Shown here: positions 26,016-34,667 of the stretch, in pieces
Position numbering within the stretch: the first letter of the stretch is position 1
Layout of the letters: the number at the start of each line of letters is the position of its first letter
Assembly: GCA_025201805.1 (NCBI GenBank)
Contig: MU619431.1
Location: forward strand, 1 to 34,667
DNA: 34,667 bases
Reading direction: 5' to 3'
Origin: Parasitella parasitica NRRL 2501
Lineage: Eukaryota; Fungi; Mucoromycota
The notes under the pieces: generated by a model
The model's database searches: none
Told to the model about the DNA's origin: nothing
The model's input: the letters and a program-made list of their open reading frames with translations, nothing else
Program-made: the position numbers and the translations under genes

Positions 26016-27780
26016 TTAGAGTAATGTAAAAATTAAATCACTATTTTTGGAAAGGTAATTTAATGATTTTTTGTTTCTAACTCGTAGCATTTCTGCTCTT
26101 CTAACAGCATCCAAGACAGTTATCCCTTCAACAGCAGCATAGTCTTCGCAAGCCTTGATAATTTTACGTCTTCCCATGTATAAACTTTTGTGGCTAGAGC
26201 ACCAACCTGGACGATTTGCATTCATATAAACTACTGAATGTTTACCACCTAAACCTTCAGTCCATTCCCTGTACAAATCAGTCAATGTATAAACATTTGT
26301 ACTCAACCTGTAAGATGCAGAAGATGAAGGTCTAGGCGTTTCTTGTGTGGTTGACTGAACTTCAGTAGTAGTATTTGTAGTAGTATCGGTGCTAAACGTT
26401 CGTATAGATGCGCTAGGTAGAATGCTACTACTAGAACCTTGTTGTGGCCATTCAATATTTATTTGCAATGGTGCTCTCCCAGTTGAAATGTTAGAGATGT
26501 CACTTGTTAATTTTTTTACTATATCTGAAAGCTTCTCGTATGACATTCTACTATTCTCTTCAATGTTTGCTAGCTTGCGTTCAATTAAAGGTACAACTCG
26601 TTGTAACATTATATTCTCTTGATTTTCCTCAGCTTGAGAAGAAATTTCTAACTGCCTACATAAAAAAAAATATTAGAATCAAAACTGTTGTACAATTCAA
26701 TATTAAAGCAGCACCTTTTGAATTGAATGTATTCTGGGTCGTAGAAAAGCTCATGCTTCCATACTGGATGATCTGGTGTGATTTTTTGCATAAATACCGA
26801 ATCTTGAAAATGTGATTCGTAATTCCAATAGCAGATTAAGGAATCCTTCAGCAGAAACTGTTTGCTCTGCACGTCCTTCATGTATTTTACTTAACCACAT
26901 ACTTGCTTCTGGAAAAACCTTTGACTGTAAATCCTCAGAAGGTGTTGTTGCATTACGAGGAAGATGAAAAGTCCCCCTTTGGGGAAACCCAGCTAAGCTT
27001 CTCATAATACCACGAGGTAGTCCTGTAAGATACGCACCATTCATTGAAGAATTGTTCCATCGACCCATGCGCCTAAAGTCAGATTCTTCGACACCTTGTA
27101 AATCCGCCATTCTGGCAGCAGCACCACGATTTACATGTGTCTTTTTGGATGAAGTAATCCTGCATGCCTTAAAAGCCTTATCAATAGCGCTCAGATGGCT
27201 ATGATAAGCCCATTCTACTGTTGGATCCTGAGTGTGTTTCAGAGCCTTGACATTAAACCAGTTTTTTGATTGTTCAAAATTTGGAAACGTTCGATATGGA
27301 ATTGTGCAAATAGATACACTCCAAGCATCATAAATGGGCAGATCTCTACTCTTGCGTTACGTAAACATGCTCCAATCTCCAGTCTACCAAATTTATTTGT
27401 TTTTCCTTGACGCATAACAAGTATCATCGCAGGGCAACGACCTGAGCCTTCACCTTCGATACTGACTACTTGTAAGTCAGGTAGCTCTGCTTTTCTAGCA
27501 GATTCACCACGTAAAAGACAAAAATGGGACAACAAGAATGAGAGCGAATTGCGTAGATCTTTGATTGTTTTTTGATTAAAATATTAAGCAGTGATGCTAG
27601 CTATTTGATCTGTTGTTGTATAGCCATCCATAATAGTACCTACACCTCTATCTTCACAATTTATTTTTTTAGTTTCTTCTTCTTCTCTTTTGACGTCCCC
27701 ACAAATGAACAAGTGCAGCACCGTACTAATCCAATAAAGAAAACTTTATCAAGCGAGCCGGAGATTCTTCACCTTCATTA
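26016..27780 (-). mobile_element. Decayed CryptonF-type DNA transposon (tyrosine recombinase / Ndc10-II-like + GCR1_C), pseudogenised
   Basis: Reconstructed: AALVHLW...EDRGVGTIMDGY...LLRGESAR...RQGKTNKFG...CPF...KKTHVNRGAAAR...MGRW...GAYLTGLP...LAGF, then a GCR1_C-like YRLSTNVYTLTDLYREWTEGLGG...GRRKII. Frameshifts near 27285 and 26820, in-frame stops and a deletion in the 5' part, and one intron near 26657-26714. Termini not resolved. Confidence 0.88.
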
Positions 27781-27924
27781 ACTCTTATTTATTATGCATT
27801 TCTCCGGTTCGAACCGTAGTATTCTTGCCGGATATTTTCCTTCTCCATGTGGAGGAGGGATGGCCGTAGAAAGTCGTGCAAGTCAAGAGTTGTTCACTAC
27901 TCCCCCTCTTTCATCATACATACA

Positions 27925-28552
27925 ATGGTTGCATCCAAGTCAGGAATTGCTGTTGGTCTCAACAAGGGCCACATCACTGCTCGTCGTGAACTTAAGGCTA
28001 AGCCTTCTAACAAGATTGGTGTATGTATATACTCGATGAATAGATGGATGATGTATCGAAATATGGACATGGATGTGGAAATGCAAGATGAAGGAAATAC
28101 ACTGAATTTGACGTTTTCTTTGAAACCAGAATATAAACTCGTTTATATACAGATTCGAATTATACACGCAATTTTCACAATGTATTTCCCTTCTAACTGT
28201 CATCTACACTTCTGTTTCGTATATCGAAGACATTTACAATATTGTAAAAAATGCATACTAATAATGTACACTCGCTTATTAGGCCGCTTCCAAGCGTACC
28301 GTCTTTGTCAAGAGCGTCATTCGTGAAGTTGCTGGTTATGCTCCTTATGAGCGTCGTCTTATGGAATTGATCAAGAACTCCAGAGATAAGCGTGCTAAAA
28401 AGCTCTGTAAGAGCAAGGTAAGCCACTACAATACGATATTATGGATAATTGTATTGACAGAAATTGTGAATTCATAGCTCGGTTCTTTCCTTCGTGCCAA
28501 GAAGAAGGTCGAGGAACTCCAAGGTGTCATTGCTGCTTCTCGTCGTCATTAA
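27925..28552 (+). CDS. RPL36: 60S ribosomal protein L36 (eL36)
   Basis: [16 protein letters not shown]...|[45 protein letters not shown]|[14 protein letters not shown]. Introns 28021-28282 and about 28418-28477. Confidence 0.98.
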
Positions 28553-28852
28553 ATTCTGTAGTTCGCTTTGGAAGAAATTACTATTCTGAATAAAAAAACA
28601 CCCATTGTGTCTATATATGCATATATTTATGTTATAGTGTACAGTTGGTAGAAGCTAGTTATTTTTTTTCTCAAAGAACATTACTTCCCTCATGTCTGTC
28701 CACTTACTCGTCTCTTCTCAATTGTACGTTGCATCACAAATAGGGTAACTGTGACCGTGCGACACTAAGTCCATCTTCCACCAATTTACAAATATAGCCT
28801 TTATCCTTCTTTTCTTTTTCACTCCTTTCGTATTGATATACACATCATAAAC

Positions 28853-30383
28853 ATGAGTGCTATAACTCAGGCTGAACGACAAAAATATGCCGAGATTTTT
28901 CAAGCAAGAGGCCAAGTGAATGGCTACATGTCTGGTAGTGTTTGTTTATGCCATGTGTTATGAAATACTAATATCTGGATAGGTGCTACTGCTCGCGACG
29001 TCCTCTTAAACTCCAATTTACCACCTAATCGTTTGGAGCGTATCTGGTAATGGCAGATGAGCATAAGCTTGATTACAAGTGTCTAACTTTTTTGTTCGAA
29101 GGGATCTTTCGGATATTGATAAGGATGGCAGCCTCGATTTGGAAGAATTCTGTATCGCAATGCATCTCACTTTCAACTGTATTAATGGCAATGAAGCGCC
29201 TATCTCCCTTCCTCCTTCTTTGATACCCGCCAATAAAGTCCACCTTCTACCGCAACAACAGTATGCTCAACCCACTGGTTATCAACAAGCTCAACCCACT
29301 GGCTACCAACAAGCTCAACCTACAGGTTACCAAGGATATCAGCAAGCTCAACCCACAGGTTACCAGCAAGCTAACCCTATGGGATATCAACAAACTCAGC
29401 TTACTGGCTATCCCACCGACTATCAACAGCCTCAACAAACTGGCTATTATGCGCAATCACAAGAACCTGAATTCAGCTGGGATATGACTCCTGAGGACTT
29501 GACCTCATATCAAAATATCTATTCTAAATATGCCAATGATACGGGGAAAGTTAAATGTATGGCAATGTCAGAGACACAAAGATATTTGGTATACTGAACC
29601 AGTCTTATAGTCAGTAGGATGAATGATTTTTACGATACATTAGGTCTTTCTCGTACAGATTTGACGAATGCATGGTAAATATACACTTTGTTATATAGCA
29701 CACACTGAATTCATCTCATGTTCAGGACGTTGATCGATGTAAATCATACGAATGCGCTTACCCAAGATCAGTGTTTGATGTTTTATCATATTCTGAATCA
29801 ACGTACTCGCGGTATTCGTATTCCTAAAGATCTCCCGCCAGATCTTCATGCTGCTTTTGCTGGTGAATATGCAGCTGATTTCGGGGAACGCCCAGGATCA
29901 GGCACGGGCGCTCGTAAAGGAACAAATCAATCTATGTCAAATAGCGCCAAATTGGCGGATAGCTATGTAACCCGTCTCGGTACTGCCAGTACTACATTGA
30001 GCAGCAAGAGCACTAAAACTGGAAGTAAATACGACGAGGAGGATATGCTCAAGAGAGAATTAGCAGAGTTAAAGGAACGGGTCCAGGAAGCAGAGCGCAA
30101 AGCCAATAAGGCTAAAGAAAGCGAAAACTACGAGTCATTCGCTTCTCGTCCTCTTCGCGATCAATTCCAAGCTCTTTACGACTACAAATTGCGCCAATTG
30201 ACTGATCAAAGCGACATTGAGGATAAGGTTCGCAAACAGGAAAGAGACATCGATGCAGCTCGTGATGCTGTTCGTCGATTAAACCGTATTGTGGATGATG
30301 TTCGCTCAAAAAAACGTGAATTGGAGTCGTTGCTAGAAGAAAGGAGATTAGAAGTGCAAAAGGCTTTACGCGCATCTGAATAA
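28853..30383 (+). CDS. END3: Endocytosis EH-domain protein, End3-like
   Basis: Five exons. EH1 (ERQKYAEIF...[27 protein letters not shown]), LPPSLIPANKVHL, second EH (AWTLIDVN...FYHILNQR..G.RIPKDLP), KLADSYVTRLG, and EEDMLKRELAEL coiled coil with ALYDYK. Confidence 0.8.
29262..29450 (+). repeat. Coding tandem repeat (YQQAQPTG)n, ~24 nt unit, within END3
   Basis: About 7 units of (A/T)Q(P/L)TGY. Confidence 0.9.
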
Positions 30384-30587
30384 ACTATGTTTATATGCTC
30401 AATTAGTAATCACCCACAGGTGTATATAGTGCAATGGCTTTATAGGGAGCCTAAATCAAAAATGTATAACTCATTTTGATGACTTTCCATATTCTGCATG
30501 TTTATAAACTTCGAACACTTCAATAACCAAGAATTTTGCCTGATTATTGCTTCTTTTACTTTATTTTGTAAATACTATATACCTAGA

Positions 30588-32524
30588 TTATTCACTATTT
30601 TCTGTATTGGCACTTGTACCTTGATTTTGGCTGCCATTCGTATATTCTTCGACATCATCCTCATCTCCACTTTCAAATGTCAAATCGATATAATCCATTT
30701 TCTGCTTCTTTTTGGGAGGTGTATCAGTTTCCGGAACTTCAGAGAGTGCGATCCTTTCATGAGGTGATGTGGTTCTAGTCATAGGTGAGGCAGTTGTTGC
30801 TTCAGTTGTACTCGCTGTGTTGGGTATAGTATCATTAGATATCGCTCCTTCCTGTAACTTTGCTGCTGGCCTTGATTTTTTCTTTTCAACCGTTCTGACC
30901 TCTTGATCTTCATCATCATCGTCTAATAAGATTGTGGCAATCACTTTTTCTTCAGTTTTGACTTTTATCTCTTCCTCTTCTTCAGACTCTTCGTTTGCCA
31001 GATCTGGATTTTCATCTATAATTGTTATGTGACCATTAGGTTCGACACGAACGCTGTCAATATGCTTGGGAGTATTTTGTAGCATTTCCATAAAATATTC
31101 GTCAACAAACAATTCCTCCCAGTCTTCAATCCGCCGGAAGCAAACAGGGCACGACCAAGTTGGAGTTTGCTCATTCATTGTCAAGAATACGTTGGCGTCA
31201 AAGCATTGTAAATGCTTACAACCCCTTGATCTGGTAGGTATCCTAATGCGAGTAAACGCAAGCTTTGAGGTAAAGGATCAAAGTGAATAAGAAAGTGAGA
31301 GGAACATAATCAAAACTGTACTTACTGGATCTTTAATTGACAAAGTTTCGGATTCCATTATGATTTCGTCCTCTTCTTGCGTTTGTTGCACTGTAGAGTT
31401 AACATTAGTTAGTATGGTGCATATCTACAACATGTATACCGGATACTTGCGTTTCTCCAAGACTTCTTCCTTGGTCATCAATCTCTTTTCTTTCATGATC
31501 TGGATTAATTGTGCAACTGGTGTTCTCTCTACAAGGTAGACGCTAGCAATGAAAGGAATGTCGCTGTTAATATAGACTAATTCAACATTATTGAGGGCTT
31601 GTTTTCGTGTCATGATAGTGAGGTCAGGAGGATTCACAGTGCCTGGCTTTCCTTTTAAACAGCGTAAGATCTAATGGCGTATGTTAAGACACCAAAACAA
31701 TAAAATAGCGGATAGCGATCTTACACTTCCTTGAATCACGGTATCGTTCACTTTTAATTCGCACACGCTCGGGAGTTCCACAAGCAAGTTGGAAGTGCTG
31801 CCGTTATATTGAGAGCAATAAAATCTGATCTGGTATGGAGGTCGGTCATCAATAGCGTTTGTGGTGGCCAAGAGCTGTCGATTTGCTTCGTTTAAGGTGA
31901 ATTGAAATAGTCTCGATTGGCGGTAGTTGTTTGCAGCAGCTGATATATCTTGGTCAGATACGGGAATATATGATAAAACAGCCAAATCACATACCAGGAC
32001 ATACTTCGATACTTGCTAATCTTACCATAGGTTTGAAAAAAGGGCTATGCTTAAAGCTGAGCTGTTCGATAGCTAGTGCAGGCCTATCACGCCCAGCTCG
32101 AGGTTTAAAGCAGTTGACAGTTATTTCATCATCCTTGTATTTCCACGCCAATCTGCAAGAAAGGATTAGGTCACTTGGCTATTAAGAAGTCAAAGGTGGT
32201 ATATGCTTACTTCCTTGGGGCTGTGTCATTGACAATACGAACTACAGTAGCGATGCTGGATCTTTTATTGTTGGTTATTAAGCCTACGATGAAAGTAGTA
32301 AAACGCAAGATGATTTCCTCTTTCCTCCCCGAAACAACCATGCGAGAATGGCTACTTAGAGTGTTGTTTACTGCCTTCATACAATCCGTAATCTCTTTTA
32401 CTGTAGCATTTCGTAGGTCATTCTGAAGTACCTTTTTGTGCAAATAAGATAAATACATGTCTATTCGCGCCCATTATGTCTCTATTCCTTAGGTTGGATT
32501 TATTACCTCAAAGTTGTTACTCAT
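30588..32524 (-). CDS. SIZ1: Siz/PIAS SUMO E3 ligase
   Basis: Multi-exon gene. FKHSPFFKP, PINIT-like KGKPGTVNPPDLT, SP-RING (SIKDPLAFTRIRIPTRSRGCKHLQCFDA...TWSCPVC), and acidic SIM (YIDLTFESGDEDD). The start micro-exon MSNNFE at 32524 is inferred. Confidence 0.9.
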
Positions 32525-32719
32525 GTTGAAAGCTGTGCTGATGGCAAATGCTGATCTGTATTCCTCTTTTTTTTATTTTTTTTTTTATTTTGGCTGTCAA
32601 ATGTAAAAGAAGAGAAAGAAAGAGTGATAGAGAGAAAACACACTACTGCGTAAAAAAATCTTTTCGCTTCACACTCTGCTTAGTGCTTTCATTTTTTCAT
32701 TACCAATCTATTGATCTTG

Positions 32720-33700
32720 TTGGAATATACCTTGTTCTTGACGTGACTCCTGAGGCTGGTGACCGTCCGGACCGACATTTACCTGCGAATTTCAAAGGAT
32801 GATGGACATCTACCAACCTAATGTACCTGGCAAGTACATCGCTGTAAATGATCTTTATTGCCGAGTGACCGTAGAAGATACCCTACCCAAATATAAAGTA
32901 GTTAAACAGAAAAATTTTACAGTTATATTCTCTAAAGACTTTGGCTTATTTGACCAAGAAAAAGCCCACGAACTTGTCATAACCTCATGGGATCAAACCA
33001 GATCAGAATCAACATAAACGGCTACTATATTCATTCAAATAATGTAATCTTGTTTTTGACCTTCTGTTTAGGCAACTCTTCAAAGCACCAATCATTGCTA
33101 TTATTATTCAAAGGAATAACAGCGATTCCCACATAGCTCAGGCATCTAGCGTTAATCCTAAATTCCTATGCTAAGCAGATGACGCTCTGGTCTTCGTCCG
33201 TTTAGGAATGATCTTCGTCTAATAACATACTACATGGTCCTGGTTTGAAGAAAGTTTGTTGCCAAATACAATCACACCAAAGTCAAAGCCCTTTCTTTGT
33301 AAGGTAAGGTTTTCTGGAGTTTTGGCCTAAATATCTTAAAGTTGTAAATACCCACCACCTTCACTACATGAAGGACGGCATGCCATTAATATATAAAGGC
33401 TGTTCATTAACTCAAAGAAAACCCAACGAGTAAATCATTTCAACTCTGTTATATCCAAATTGACGGTTTTTATTGAATTCCATACCATGCGGTCATTGTC
33501 TGGCCTTGGCTGTGCAACCGATGTTAATACGTCGATCTTATCCGAATTCTGGTATCAAGAATGCTGATAGTTCCTTCATATTCTCAAAAGATCAAGGATA
33601 TGTAAAAGCACAAACGTCATCAAGAAGGTCCATATGAACTGGCAATGATAATCTTTGATTTTGATGGCGTTTGGGGTAAAGATTTAGTTGAATTCGGAAA
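32720..33700 (+). mobile_element. Degenerate L1-like non-LTR retrotransposon relic (RT domain and downstream region; possible ORF1 fragment upstream)
   Basis: KFLC*ADDALVFV at 33160-33200 (YADD with Tyr codon changed to TAA), KVKALSL, PLIYKGCSL (like YLGYPL), and HTMRSLSGLGCATDVNTSILSEFWY (like HSxRxLSxxGRATVxNxLILSKLWH). Multiple stops and frameshifts. 32720-33020 is only weakly ORF1-like. Confidence 0.7.
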
Positions 33701-34527
33701 CTTAGATAATGATTTCAATTATTTTCTGCGCTAGTCCTTATGTTTTTCAATTCTTCCTTCTACTACATGTATTTCTAAAATGCTATTTGACTTTACTTAT
33801 TGAAGCTTTGAAGTTGCTTTTAAAATATGTAAGTCGCAGTTATTCTCTTCTTACAAGGCCTTTTTGGCAGTATCGTTTCTTTATTTCATGAATAATAAAG
33901 CGTTAAAGTGGAGAAAAGGTTGAATAAATAATAGCTATTTCCTACTATAAAATATCACAAAATCATGATCTTTCATCTTTTTATAGAAAAATGAGGTGTT
34001 CAATCTAGACAAAAAATAGTGTGAAGCACGAAAAGAAGAAAAGGGGAATTTAGTGAGACAGATTTAGTTGTTCAGATCAGCCAAGGATGAATTTCCCGTC
34101 GAGTTACGCCACAAAGCCATTAATAAACAAACGCAATGACAACTTTTTGAACTGTAAGTTCTGAATCTTCGTTATAGTTTCTAGGTTTGATCCTGAGGAT
34201 TCTATGGTTTCCTTAACAAAGGTACGAGCAAATGTCTAACTTATGAAACTCAAACCTGTTTTGACATAGCTGCAATGCAATGATACCTTTTACTGTGGTA
34301 TCAGAAATATATATTTCATGATTTTATATTTTATTCCTCACCAACTCAGTTTATCACTGATTTGATATAACCTTTTAAGAATATTATTGATTAACAATGG
34401 CTATTACCACATTATTGTAGCTTCAACTCAAGTAAAATTATAATAATACTTATAAATTACTACTTGTTGAAGCATGTTTAATATTTGACACTAAAAACTT
34501 TTCATAATCCCAGCGGAACAAAAAAAA

Positions 34528-34667
34528 CACGTGATTTAAGAATTTAAAACTCCGCAAACGAAAAAACCAAAATGTTTTTGCGAAAAATTTTTGATAGAGA
34601 CATCGCTCAGTGGTAAGCAAGTTATGCTCAGATAGCGATGATCATGCCTGTTCTTATGGCGCATAAG
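34528..34667 (+). repeat. Copy 2 of the structured non-coding repeat (truncated by the window end)
   Basis: Reverse complement matches 9972-10110. Confidence 0.93.

Noticed and set aside
34595-34667. Canonical tRNA or tRNA-Sec (GCTCAGTGGTAAGC, with TCA in a loop)
   Set aside because: No acceptor stem, no GTTCRA T-loop and a non-canonical anticodon loop; kept only as a tRNA-like hint.

Overview
Eukaryotic, intron-rich, AT-rich fungal DNA. Short 45-75 nt introns, compact gene spacing and the gene families present point to Mucorales. The window is mostly housekeeping genes: CDC7 (partial), ISC1, an F-box/LRR gene, a secreted GH37 trehalase, a SEL1-repeat gene, YTM1, SPC24, SNF1, pyruvate kinase, RPL36, END3 and SIZ1/PIAS. 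It also holds a decayed CryptonF tyrosine-recombinase transposon and an L1-like LINE relic. Three things are not explained by routine annotation. (1) A 5-exon gene at 20232-22655 that the ORF track splits into pieces; it joins two tandem small helical repeats, an apparently catalytically dead HIBCH/crotonase fold and a tail of 8 Cys-Pro heme-regulatory-type motifs. (2) A tandem pair of small secreted 8-cysteine paralogs that only appear after splicing (13347-14658). (3) A ~140 nt structured non-coding element present twice in inverted orientation (9972-10110 and 34528-end). All family assignments come from reading motifs by eye; no database searches were run.
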